Program-made: the position numbers and the translations under genes
Notes under the pieces: model-generated
Seen by the model: the letters and a program-made list of their open reading frames with translations, nothing else
The model's database searches: none
Told to the model about the DNA's origin: nothing
From: Prevotella sp.
GTDB lineage: Bacteria > Bacteroidota > Bacteroidia > Bacteroidales > Bacteroidaceae
Length of the DNA stretch: 64,000 nt
Reading direction: 5' to 3'
Assembly (NCBI GenBank): GCA_022773825.1
Contig: JALFOF010000088.1
Location: 7,236 to 71,235 of the forward strand
In this document: positions 31,577 through 40,994 of the stretch, in pieces
Layout of the letters: the number at the start of each line of letters is the position of its first letter
Numbering within the stretch: the stretch's first letter is position 1

Positions 31577-31816
31577 ATGACACGCGAAGAAATTATTGCA
31601 AAAGTAAACTCAGTACTCGCAGAAGAGTTTGAGGTAGAAGAAAGCGTAATCACTCCAGATGCCATCGTCAAGGAAGCACTCGCACTTGACAGCCTCAGCC
31701 TCGTTGACCTTGTAGCACTGATTCAGTACACATACAAGATTAAGATTCCTGCTGAGGACCTCCCGAAGATTAAGACATTCAACGACCTCTACGACTATAT
31801 AGAGAGCCACCTGTAA
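31577..31816 (+). CDS. Acyl carrier protein
   Basis: 79 aa, acidic, LALDSLSLVDL phosphopantetheine site. Confidence 0.93.
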   Translation: MTREEIIAKVNSVLAEEFEVEESVITPDAIVKEALALDSLSLVDLVALIQYTYKIKIPAEDLPKIKTFNDLYDYIESHL

Positions 31817-31910
31817 ACCGTTAGGAGTTGTTTAGCCGCTTCGTTTTCAGCCACACCATACAGGCTGCCGGCAAAGCGACTAAACAACTATACGACAATA
31901 CCACAACGGG

Positions 31911-32321
31911 ATGAACATAACAGAACTGATACCACAACGCTCGCCCATAATGATGGTCGATGAGTTATTGCGCGTGGAAGGCGAGGAGGCTGTGTGCCAA
32001 CTGCTTGTCCGCGAAGACAATTTTTTCATCGACAGCGACGGCCTTATGGCAGAACCCGGACTGATAGAGCACATCGCCCAGTCGGCTTCCGCTTTCGCAG
32101 GACACAAAGCCATCGCGGCAGGAGCCACACAACCACCTGTGGGCTATATTGGCGAAGTGAAGAATTTCCACCTCTATGCCCGTCCCAAAATCGGAGATGT
32201 CATAACGACAACGATAACAATGGGGCCGGAAGTGGAGGGCATAACCATCATCCGTGGGGTGTCCACCGTTGGCAACGACACCGTAGCCGACACCACAATG
32301 AAGATATTTGTAAAGGAATAA
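31911..32321 (+). CDS. Hotdog-fold dehydratase (ApeP/FabZ-like)
   Basis: LIPQRSPIMMVD, GLIEHIAQSASA, VGYIGEVK. Confidence 0.85.
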   Translation: MNITELIPQRSPIMMVDELLRVEGEEAVCQLLVREDNFFIDSDGLMAEPGLIEHIAQSASAFAGHKAIAAGATQPPVGYIGEVKNFHLYARPKIGDVITTTITMGPEVEGITIIRGVSTVGNDTVADTTMKIFVKE

Positions 32322-32342
32322 GCACAGCAAAGCACCGCTATC

Positions 32343-32720
32343 ATGTTATTGGAAAACAAGTTCTACAAAGTCCTCAGCAAGGAGACAGATGGCTTATCGG
32401 GACGATTTACCGTGGCAATACTGCCCGACTGCAACGTCTATGACGGTCATTTCCCCGGTGACCCCGTATGCCCCGGCGTGTGCAACATAGAGACTATCAA
32501 GGAGTGCGCCATGCTGCTCACCGGCGAAGAACTGCGCATCAACAGCATAAAGCAATGCCGCCTCACCGCTATCGCCACGCCCACAGTATGCCCTGAGGTG
32601 GACATCACCATCACAGCCACACCTTCCGCCAACGGCATGTACACCATATTGGCAACGATAAAAGACGACAACCAGACTTACATGGACTACAAGGGCACCA
32701 TGGAGAAGGTAATACACTGA
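32343..32720 (+). CDS. Hotdog-fold dehydratase (ApeI/FabZ-like)
   Basis: YDGHFPGDPVCPGVC catalytic motif. Confidence 0.88.
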   Translation: MLLENKFYKVLSKETDGLSGRFTVAILPDCNVYDGHFPGDPVCPGVCNIETIKECAMLLTGEELRINSIKQCRLTAIATPTVCPEVDITITATPSANGMYTILATIKDDNQTYMDYKGTMEKVIH

Positions 32721-32723
32721 GAC

Positions 32724-35234
32724 ATGACACATCTTTTCATCAAGATATACGATTACTTTAGACACCATCGTGCAGCCCTTTGGCTCTCGATGGTCTTTCT
32801 GTTTATAGTAACAGGTTACTTCGCCACCCGGATACATCTGGAGGAAGACCTCAACAAACTCATGCCATCGTCAAAGAATGAAGACGGCACAACCAAGATG
32901 GCGTTTGCCGACCTGCGCATCAAGGACAAGACATTCCTGCTCTTTGAGGCACGTGGCAAGGCCAAAACTGGCGGCGATGACATGACCGCCGCCCTCACCT
33001 CCGTCTGCGATGAGTTCGTTGACTCGCTCCTATCCCGCGACGAAGCCAAGGATTCCGCGCGGAGAGCCATCGGCGATGTGTTCTACACCATCCCCGAAGA
33101 CCTCATGTTCGATGGCGTATCCTTCCTCACCGAGCACCTGCCGGCATACATAGACACCAGCGCATACGCCGCTTTCGACACACTGCTGACACGTGAACAC
33201 ATGACGGCGCAGATGCGACAGAACGCGGAAGACCTGCAAGGAGCGTTCGGAGATATGTTCCCCGAACTGATAGAAACAGACCCAATAGGCATGCGTAGCG
33301 TACTGATGCAGCAGCTATCACCCGTCATGCAGACTACGGGAGGAGCGTACAAGACCATCGACGGGCACTTCTTCGTACCCGATTCCACCGTCTGCGTTGC
33401 CTTCATCACGCCGCAATTCTCCGCCACTAACACCGGTCAAGGCTCGGAACTGTTCCGCACCCTCAACGCACTCATTGACACCTTCGCCGTCAGTCACCCC
33501 GACATCAAAATCAGTTACCACGGCACTCCGGCCAGCGGGTTCTACAATTCTTCCACCATCAAGAACGACCTGACGGGCACCATCATCGGTTCGCTCATCC
33601 TTGTGCTGGCAGTTCTGTTCGTATGTATGCGCAACAGGAACACCATCCCGTTGCTCCTGCTCCCTGTTGTCTTCGGCACGCTCTTCGGATTGTCACTAAT
33701 GTACTTCATAAAAGGGCAGTTCTCACTGCTCGCCCTCGGTATCGGCGCGATAGTACTCGGTGTCGCCATGAGTTACGTGCTTCACATATTGACGCACTAC
33801 AAGTACGTTGCCGACGCGCGCAAGGTACTTGAAGACGAGGTAAAGCCTGTGCTCCTCGGCTGCCTTACCACCATAGGCTCCTTCATGGGGCTTATCTTTA
33901 TCAAGACAGACTTGCTGCAAGACTTCGGTCTTTTCGCCGCCTTCGCCATCACAGGCACCACCCTTTTCGCCCTGATATACCTGCCCCACCTCATGCCTTT
34001 GGAGCGAAACCGCATCAACAAGACAGCGTTCAGGCTCATAGACAAGTTCAACACCTACCCCTTCGACACCAAGAAGCCGCTCCTTTACATCATCGGAGCA
34101 GCCACAGCCGTAAGCCTTGCCTTCTACATAGCTAAGGGCACGGAGTTCGATGCCGATATGGGCAACCTCGGTTATCTGTCAGACAACACCGAATATTCGG
34201 AGCAACTGCTGCGAAACAAGACCTATACCGCCGACAAGACCAAGTACTTTGCCGCCCAAGGTAAGACCATGGAGGAAGCTCTAGGCAACTTCTCCATGTT
34301 GTCAGCAAAGCTCGATTCCCTCCAAAAGCTGGGACTCGTGAAGGACTATACCCATACCAACGTCATCTTCGTGCCACTCAATGAGCAGCAAAAGCGCATC
34401 GAAGCATGGAAGAACTACTGGACTGCCGAGCGTCTGTCAACGGTTCGTCGGCTCATAAACGAGACCGCGCCGCAGGCAGGTCTCACCACTGACGGCTTCG
34501 AAACATTCTTCCATGCCGCCACCGCCGACTACTCCCCCGCCCCACTCTACTCCGCCGGCATCATACCACCAGGCTACCAGTCCACACTGATGGAGCAGAC
34601 CATGGCAGGCGACTACCTCTGCTTCACCTCCGTGCGCTGCGCCAACGACTCCATACGCGGTAAGCAAACAGACTACAACCGCATCTGCGACGCTATCGCC
34701 ACGCAGCCTAATATGCTTGTGCTCGACACCTATTACTATACCACCGACACGCTGACAGAGCTTAACGACGACTTCAACGTGCTCCAATGGGTCAGCATGG
34801 CCTTCGTCTTCGTAGTGCTACTGTTCAGTTTCCGCTTCAACCTACGCCACACGCTCCTTGGCTTCGCTCCCATACTGCTTAGCTGGCTCATAGTGCTTGG
34901 TGCCATGGCGATGTTCAATATCAGGTTCAACCTCATCAACATCATCATCTCCACCTTCATCTTCGGCATAGGAGTAGATTACAGTATCTTTGTAATGAAC
35001 GGGCTTATCAGCGACAGCGCAGCCAAAGCAGGCAGAGACCACAGCGTCCTCGCTTATCACAAAACGGCAATCTTCTTCTCTGCCTTCATCCTTATCGTCA
35101 CCGTTGCCTCCATGCTCCTTGCCAACCACCCCGCCATCAAGTCCGTAGGCTTCGCCACCCTCGTAGGCATGATAGCCGCCGTGGTACTCTCCTACGTGCT
35201 TCAACCGGCGATATTCCGTAAGATAAACAAATGA
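32724..35234 (+). CDS. MMPL/RND lipid exporter
   Basis: Two TM blocks separated by large periplasmic loops; LEEDLNKLMP, GIGVDYSIF; ends right after the second TM block. Confidence 0.88.
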   Translation: MTHLFIKIYDYFRHHRAALWLSMVFLFIVTGYFATRIHLEEDLNKLMPSSKNEDGTTKMAFADLRIKDKTFLLFEARGKAKTGGDDMTAALTSVCDEFVDSLLSRDEAKDSARRAIGDVFYTIPEDLMFDGVSFLTEHLPAYIDTSAYAAFDTLLTREHMTAQMRQNAEDLQGAFGDMFPELIETDPIGMRSVLMQQLSPVMQTTGGAYKTIDGHFFVPDSTVCVAFITPQFSATNTGQGSELFRTLNALIDTFAVSHPDIKISYHGTPASGFYNSSTIKNDLTGTIIGSLILVLAVLFVCMRNRNTIPLLLLPVVFGTLFGLSLMYFIKGQFSLLALGIGAIVLGVAMSYVLHILTHYKYVADARKVLEDEVKPVLLGCLTTIGSFMGLIFIKTDLLQDFGLFAAFAITGTTLFALIYLPHLMPLERNRINKTAFRLIDKFNTYPFDTKKPLLYIIGAATAVSLAFYIAKGTEFDADMGNLGYLSDNTEYSEQLLRNKTYTADKTKYFAAQGKTMEEALGNFSMLSAKLDSLQKLGLVKDYTHTNVIFVPLNEQQKRIEAWKNYWTAERLSTVRRLINETAPQAGLTTDGFETFFHAATADYSPAPLYSAGIIPPGYQSTLMEQTMAGDYLCFTSVRCANDSIRGKQTDYNRICDAIATQPNMLVLDTYYYTTDTLTELNDDFNVLQWVSMAFVFVVLLFSFRFNLRHTLLGFAPILLSWLIVLGAMAMFNIRFNLINIIISTFIFGIGVDYSIFVMNGLISDSAAKAGRDHSVLAYHKTAIFFSAFILIVTVASMLLANHPAIKSVGFATLVGMIAAVVLSYVLQPAIFRKINK

Positions 35235-36682
35235 AGTACGACGTAATCATTATCGGTTCCGGCCTTGGCGGGCTGGAGTGCGCTACCATGCTGAGCCACC
35301 ACGGACTGTCAGTGCTCGTCCTTGAGCGGCAATTGCAGCCCGGCGGTTGCATGCAGAGCTACCGCCGCGGCAATATTCACCTCGACACTGGGCTGCACTA
35401 CGTTGGCGGCATAGCAGAGGGGCAACCCCTTCACGAAGCCTTCAAGAACCTCGGCCTGCTCGACCTGCCATGGCAACGCCTTGACCCCGAAGGCTTCGAC
35501 CGCATAACGATAGGCGATGAGACTTTCGCCTACCACGAAGGCTATGATGACTTCGCTCGCGTCCTCGCCGACCGCTTCCCCTCGCAGAAGGCAGCCCTGC
35601 AGGAATACGTCGATATGCTGCGCCGCTCCGACCGCGACCAGCTGCAAAGTCTCGACAATACAGTGTCCGCCGAGACCACATTCATGAACGCCCAGTTCAC
35701 CACTAACGCCTACCAATGGCTGCGCGAGAAGTTCAGCGACGAACTGCTGATAAACGTACTCTCTGGCTCCTCCCTCAAGATGGAGCTCCATAAGTCCACC
35801 CTGCCACTCTTCACCTTTGCCCACGGCAATGGCAGTTTTATACAGAGTAGCTGGCGACTTGACGGCAGCGGCAACGACCTCGTCAACAAACTCGTGAGCA
35901 ATATCAGAGGCAACGGCGGCGAGGTGCTCTGCGGCATGGATGTCACCCGTTTGGAAGAGAAGGACGGCAGGATCACCGCCGCGCTATGCAGCAACGGCGA
36001 ACGCTTCGAGGGCGATATGTTCATAAGCAACATACACCCCGCCGTAACCTGCGAGCTACTCGCTGGCAGCACCACAGTCAAGAGCATATACCGCAAGCGC
36101 ATGGCAGCCCTCGCCAACACCTTCGGAATGTTCACCGCGTCACTGAAACTCAAGCCGCGCGCCATCCCCTACTTCAACCACAACAAGTTCATCTACGCAA
36201 AACCCAACGTGTGGGAGATGTCAGAAGAAGGGCACGACGGCTATGGCGTGCTCGTCAGCTGTCCCTACTCCGCCACGGGCTACGCCACGCAGATAGACCT
36301 CCTCACCCCCATGTTCTGGAGCGAGGTACAGCAGTGGGAAGATACCACCGTGGCACGCCGAGGCGACAGCTACAAAGCCATGAAACGCCGCAAGGCCGAG
36401 GCCATCGTCACCATAGCCGAGCAGCAACTGCCCGGGTTGCGCGACGCGGTGGAAGAAATCTACACCAGCACGCCACTCACTTACCGCGACTACAACAAGA
36501 CCCCGCAAGGCAGCGCATACGGCATACGTAAGGATTTCAACCAACCCATGATGACAATCCTTACACCCCGCACCCCGTTGCCCAACCTAATGCTGACAGG
36601 ACAGAACCTCATGTTGCACGGACTGCACGGAGTCACCATGACAGCACTATTCACATACAAAGCCATATTACAACAACAATGA
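35231..36682 (+). CDS. FAD-dependent phytoene desaturase / retinol saturase family oxidoreductase
   Basis: IIGSGLGGL, DTGLHYVGG, STPLTYRDY...GSAYG, LTGQN...HGLHGV; overlaps both neighbours by 4 nt. Confidence 0.9.
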   Translation: MKYDVIIIGSGLGGLECATMLSHHGLSVLVLERQLQPGGCMQSYRRGNIHLDTGLHYVGGIAEGQPLHEAFKNLGLLDLPWQRLDPEGFDRITIGDETFAYHEGYDDFARVLADRFPSQKAALQEYVDMLRRSDRDQLQSLDNTVSAETTFMNAQFTTNAYQWLREKFSDELLINVLSGSSLKMELHKSTLPLFTFAHGNGSFIQSSWRLDGSGNDLVNKLVSNIRGNGGEVLCGMDVTRLEEKDGRITAALCSNGERFEGDMFISNIHPAVTCELLAGSTTVKSIYRKRMAALANTFGMFTASLKLKPRAIPYFNHNKFIYAKPNVWEMSEEGHDGYGVLVSCPYSATGYATQIDLLTPMFWSEVQQWEDTTVARRGDSYKAMKRRKAEAIVTIAEQQLPGLRDAVEEIYTSTPLTYRDYNKTPQGSAYGIRKDFNQPMMTILTPRTPLPNLMLTGQNLMLHGLHGVTMTALFTYKAILQQQ

Positions 36683-37287
36683 AGAAAACACTATCCACAC
36701 TACTATTGCTGCTCGTCAGCACCGTACTCCTCGCACAGAACGCGCAATATCAGAAAGCCGTAGCGAAGTACAAGACCGTCTCCTCCCTCACCGCCACCGC
36801 CGTCAAGACCAAGCACAAGAGCAGCGTTGCCAAGGACGCAGTGGCGCAGGGCACACTCTACGTAAAGAAGCCAAACAAAGTGCTCATCACCACCAATGGC
36901 GGCAAGGACGCACTGCTGATGAACGGCACCAACTTCACCATGACCGTAAGCGGCAGGAAGTTTAAGACCAACAGCACACAGAACCCACAGTTCAAGACCT
37001 TCCAGAACGTGCTTGAAAGCATCTTCACCGGCGGCAGCATAGACCTGTCAAAAAACAACGATGTAGAGATAACCAAGAGCGGCAACAACGTGGTGATCAC
37101 CATCACCCCGACCGTTGACAAGAAGAACGCCAAGCGCCAGCTCTTCACCTCCTTCGTCCTCACCATAGACAGCAAGACCTCCGAGCTGCGCACCCTGCGT
37201 ATGAACGAGAAGAAAGGCAACTACACCGAATACAAATTCTCTGGCTACCAGTTCGGAGCCACCGTGTCTGACAGCCAGTTCAAGTAA
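36679..37287 (+). CDS. LolA-like periplasmic carrier
   Basis: Signal peptide, QGTLYVKKPNKV, terminal YTEYKFS...VSDSQFK typical of the LolA fold; cluster context. Confidence 0.7.
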   Translation: MKKTLSTLLLLLVSTVLLAQNAQYQKAVAKYKTVSSLTATAVKTKHKSSVAKDAVAQGTLYVKKPNKVLITTNGGKDALLMNGTNFTMTVSGRKFKTNSTQNPQFKTFQNVLESIFTGGSIDLSKNNDVEITKSGNNVVITITPTVDKKNAKRQLFTSFVLTIDSKTSELRTLRMNEKKGNYTEYKFSGYQFGATVSDSQFK

Positions 37288-37294
37288 ACCACTC

Positions 37295-37420
37295 TGTTAG
37301 TGGTTTAGTTCTTTGCAAGCAAAGAACCAAACAAGGTCGGAGGTTTAAGGTTTTGGGTTTAAGGTCACTTCGCCCAATCCGAAAGACCTAAGACCTACAA
37401 CCAAACAACCAAACAACCAT
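37295..37420. repeat. Family B repeat (8-bp TTAGTTGT/AAACAACC arms with palindromic cores)
   Basis: GTTCTTTGCAAGCAAAGAAC hairpin flanked by TAGTGGTTTAG and CAACCAAACAACCAAACAACC. Confidence 0.65.
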
Positions 37421-37421
37421 A

Positions 37422-37844
37422 ATGGAAGAGATACGAGACATCTGCCGCATACAGGTAAAATTCAGCGAGATAGACTCCATGCGCCGCGTATGGCACGGCA
37501 TCTACGTAAAATACTTTGAAGACGGCAGGGAGTCCTTCGGTCGCCATTACCCCGGTTGCGACTACAAGAAGATGCAAGACACCGGCATCTACGCCCCCAT
37601 CTACGACATACAAGTGAAGTGTCTCGCACCGCTTGAGATGAACGACGTAGCCGTCATTCACACCATCTACGTACCCAAATTGGGCGCGCGCCTTGACTAC
37701 CGCTACGAAGTTTACCGCGAGCGCGACAACCTGCTGTGCTGCAAAGGCTCCACCACGCAGCTCTTCATAGACCGCGACGGCATACAACTGTACGAGTGCC
37801 CCGATTTCTACGAGTCATGGAAGGCACAGTACTTGAAAAGCTAA
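37422..37844 (+). CDS. Acyl-CoA/ACP thioesterase (4HBT/YbgC family)
   Basis: VKFSEIDSMRRVWHGIYVKYFEDGRE. Confidence 0.9.
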   Translation: MEEIRDICRIQVKFSEIDSMRRVWHGIYVKYFEDGRESFGRHYPGCDYKKMQDTGIYAPIYDIQVKCLAPLEMNDVAVIHTIYVPKLGARLDYRYEVYRERDNLLCCKGSTTQLFIDRDGIQLYECPDFYESWKAQYLKS

Positions 37845-37883
37845 ACCGCAAGCGCGCGCCACACACACCATCACACCCCTTCT

Positions 37884-37968
37884 GTAAAAGCATAGCGATT
37901 ACACTGTGAAAGGATAGCTTTCACCGCGTAATCGCTATGCTTTTATTGTGCAATCGCTATGCTTTTAC
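37884..37968. repeat. Family A array (4 units, 22-bp period)
   Basis: Units start at 37884, 37906, 37928 and 37950. Confidence 0.88.
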
Positions 37969-38112
37969 AACTCCCCACAAAGGACAATACAAAGGAAAAA
38001 GATTGACAATCGGCACAAGACACGCCATATTTCAAGAGGGAATCCGTATCTTTTGCACCAGGAAGAAACCTCCAACGCCGTGCCGCACCTATGTTGTCAT
38101 GCCCCCAAACCT

Positions 38113-39051
38113 TTACAGCCCCAACAAGGCTATGGCCTCCGACGTGAGGTAAGGCTTTATCCTGCTGTAAGGAATGCAGAACTCCGGCTTGCCTGCCGCA
38201 TAGCAGGCTATCTCATACTGCCCATAGCGGAACACAAGACCTTTCTCCGATGGATAAGGAGTGTCGGCAGGCAGAGGTATCAAGGAGCCTTCTATCTGCA
38301 ACATATTGCCAAGGGTGGCTTCCGTAACATTCTCGTCCTGCCCAGAGAAATAGCTTACCAATCCCTTGCGCAGCAGAGGCTGGAGCTGTTTCACGACAGA
38401 GGGTTTGAGGAAAGAGGTGAAGCGTTTGCCGTCTGATTTGCTGAACGTCATGCCCCCTACCCCCAGGCTACTCCCATGGGCACCGCCAGAATAGACATAG
38501 TGGTCAAGGCTGAAGACACAGTATTTCTCTGTCTCATACTCTTTCTCTATCTCCACATCTATCTGATACTGCATTACGTCAGGCATCTCAAACTCAACGC
38601 CCTGCTCTATGGCCATCTCCTTAGCCGTCACCACTCTCACTGTATGATCTTCCACAGAAGATGCCTTGAGGAGTTTGTATGCCTCAGCGCCATAATAACC
38701 GACAGCGGCTTTTACCTCTGGAGCGGCATCCTTATAGGGCGATATAATCCTTGTGCCGCCCTCAAAAGACAAAGCTTTGTCGAGCGCATCCAGCAAAGCC
38801 TTGCGTATGTTTCCCGACACGACATCGTCACCTGCGGGTGCCTCCACCTTGATGCTTACCTCGCAGTGCTTGTCAGACTTCTTGTACTTACCCTCAGTAA
38901 GTTTCAGTTTGGCGGGGACAGCCGCTGGCAGCGATGCCGGCTGCGCTGCTATGCTGTCAACAGATTCCGAGGCAGGTGCATCCGTCTTCTTGCCCCCACA
39001 GGAACAGAGTGCCGCCGCAAGCAGCACGTAACAGAGATTTTGTCTTGTCAT
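38113..39051 (-). CDS. RsiV/DUF3298-like lipoprotein
   Basis: LCSC lipobox, YSGGAHG, GLVFRYGQYEIACYAAG...IPYSRIKPYL. Confidence 0.85.
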   Translation of the reverse strand: MTRQNLCYVLLAAALCSCGGKKTDAPASESVDSIAAQPASLPAAVPAKLKLTEGKYKKSDKHCEVSIKVEAPAGDDVVSGNIRKALLDALDKALSFEGGTRIISPYKDAAPEVKAAVGYYGAEAYKLLKASSVEDHTVRVVTAKEMAIEQGVEFEMPDVMQYQIDVEIEKEYETEKYCVFSLDHYVYSGGAHGSSLGVGGMTFSKSDGKRFTSFLKPSVVKQLQPLLRKGLVSYFSGQDENVTEATLGNMLQIEGSLIPLPADTPYPSEKGLVFRYGQYEIACYAAGKPEFCIPYSRIKPYLTSEAIALLGL

Positions 39052-39208
39052 AATTCTTTATCATATTGTTTTTTCTATTGCACGCAAAAGTACGAATAAA
39101 ATGTTACCGAGACAAAATAATCATGGATTGTTATGGAATTTCAACATAATTCTTGTTTTTTTAGAAATAAAACATTACTTTTGCATCAACATTATAATAG
39201 AACGAGAT

Positions 39209-40873
39209 ATGAGACACTGCATAACCATAGCCCTGCTACTCTACGGCGTGCTTGCCGGCTTGGCGCAGACAAGCTTCCACTACAAGGGGAGAGCCATGAC
39301 GACCAGTAGCCGATGCCTGCTGGTGGACAGGCGGCACGACAATCCCGACGCCTTCACTTTCAGCTCCGTGGGCGAGGCACTGCGCTTCGCCGAGCGGCAA
39401 GGGGGCAAAGACACTCTGTGGACGGACATATACATAGCACCGTCGGTATATTGGATTGACAACCCCGACGATGAGGCGGTGAGAAAGCCACTGCCATGCT
39501 TCACCATACCGTTTGGCATGACGGTGAACGCCAGCAGAATACGATTGAGGGGACTGGGAGAAACTGCCGAGGAGGTGGTGCTGGCCTGCAACAGGGGACA
39601 GACGCAGGGAGCGGAAGGCAACTTCACCATGTTCCACTTCACGGGCTCGCACATCGAGGCGGAGGGCATAACCTTCGGCAACTACTGCAACGTTGACCTT
39701 ATATATAATAAAGACCCCAAGCAGAACCGTCGGCGGAGGAAAGAGGCTATAGTGCAGGCGCAGATAGCTATATGCAGCGGAGACAACTACCGGCTAAAGG
39801 ATTGCCGTTTCATATCGCGCCTTAACCTATGTCCTTTTGTTGGAGCAGAACACACGGAGTTTGAGGACTGCTACTTTGAATGTACCGATGACGCGCTCTG
39901 CGGCACAGGCGTTTATCGCCGCTGCAGGTTCACGCTGTTCAGCAGCAAACCCTTCTACACCACCGACAAACGCAAAGGGGCTGTCTTTGAGGACTGCCAA
40001 CTGCACAGCAAAACGCAGGGCACGCAGTATCTCACCAAGGTTAGCGGACCCGTAAGGATGAGAAACTGCCAGTGGACGAGCGATGACCCGAAGCTGCGAA
40101 TAGAATGGTGCAAGCGTCCTGACCCGAAGCACCTATGCACCATGGAAGGCTGCACACTGAACGGCAAGCCACTGCACGTGGCAACACCCACAGAGCCCTT
40201 GAACGTGGAACTGCCACCGATGGCAGCGCAGATACAAACGGACATCATACCCGGAGGATGGACTCTGGACTGCCATAAACCCTTAGACACCATGGCATAC
40301 GACTGGGAGGCGGACAACAGTCGCGGTGCGTGGGGCTACGGCGAGGGAGTGGATGGCGCAGAAGGCTCGTGGGGGATGGTGCAGTTGCAGAAAGGAGCAC
40401 GCATGATGTTCACGCCACGCAATGAAAAGGAGGCGGTGACGAAACAGACGTGCCGTGTAAGTCTTGACCCCTGCAAGTCGGGAGGACAGGGCTTCGGCTC
40501 TGCAACAGGGCAGTATCTCGACATCTGCATAAAGTTTGACACACGCACACTCACTGGCTACGGCATCCGCTTCATGCGCACGCCTGACTATGACCACGCC
40601 GTGGAGACCTTCCTCGTAGAATATTCTGGCGGCGTCATAACGACTATCAGCCCCCCAGAACGCTGCGACATATTCAAGCGGGGATGCACCGTTACGCTAA
40701 CGGCAGAGGGGCAGAACCTCACGGCAACGATAGAGAACAGCAACATAACCGAGGCAAGGCAGACACTGACCACGACAATGCCCCACCCCAACACCTTCGG
40801 GGGCTTCCACCTGCAACACACGGGCAGCACAGGGGCATCGGCGACAGTGGTGAAAAGCGTGTTCCTAAAATAG
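39209..40873 (+). CDS. Secreted beta-helix (pectinesterase-like) protein
   Basis: Signal peptide, F.SV.EAL, EGITFGN, repeated F/L-x-D/N-C-x-F turns; function not secure. Confidence 0.55.
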   Translation: MRHCITIALLLYGVLAGLAQTSFHYKGRAMTTSSRCLLVDRRHDNPDAFTFSSVGEALRFAERQGGKDTLWTDIYIAPSVYWIDNPDDEAVRKPLPCFTIPFGMTVNASRIRLRGLGETAEEVVLACNRGQTQGAEGNFTMFHFTGSHIEAEGITFGNYCNVDLIYNKDPKQNRRRRKEAIVQAQIAICSGDNYRLKDCRFISRLNLCPFVGAEHTEFEDCYFECTDDALCGTGVYRRCRFTLFSSKPFYTTDKRKGAVFEDCQLHSKTQGTQYLTKVSGPVRMRNCQWTSDDPKLRIEWCKRPDPKHLCTMEGCTLNGKPLHVATPTEPLNVELPPMAAQIQTDIIPGGWTLDCHKPLDTMAYDWEADNSRGAWGYGEGVDGAEGSWGMVQLQKGARMMFTPRNEKEAVTKQTCRVSLDPCKSGGQGFGSATGQYLDICIKFDTRTLTGYGIRFMRTPDYDHAVETFLVEYSGGVITTISPPERCDIFKRGCTVTLTAEGQNLTATIENSNITEARQTLTTTMPHPNTFGGFHLQHTGSTGASATVVKSVFLK

Positions 40874-40876
40874 GGG

Positions 40877-40994
40877 TTAGTTGTTTAGTTGTTTCTTGCC
40901 TTTGGCAAGAAACAACCAAACAACCAAACAACCAAACAACTAAACAACTAAACGACTAAACAACTAAACGACTAAACGACTAAACAACAAACCA
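40877..40994. repeat. Family B repeat with about 10 tandem AAACRACY octamers
   Basis: GTTAGTTGTTTAGTTGTTTCTTGCC-TTT-GGCAAGAAACAAC followed by the octamer run up to the next ATG. Confidence 0.9.

Noticed and set aside
35231-36682. Carotenoid pathway
   Set aside because: No phytoene synthase or cyclase; the enzyme is coupled to an ACP-based cluster.
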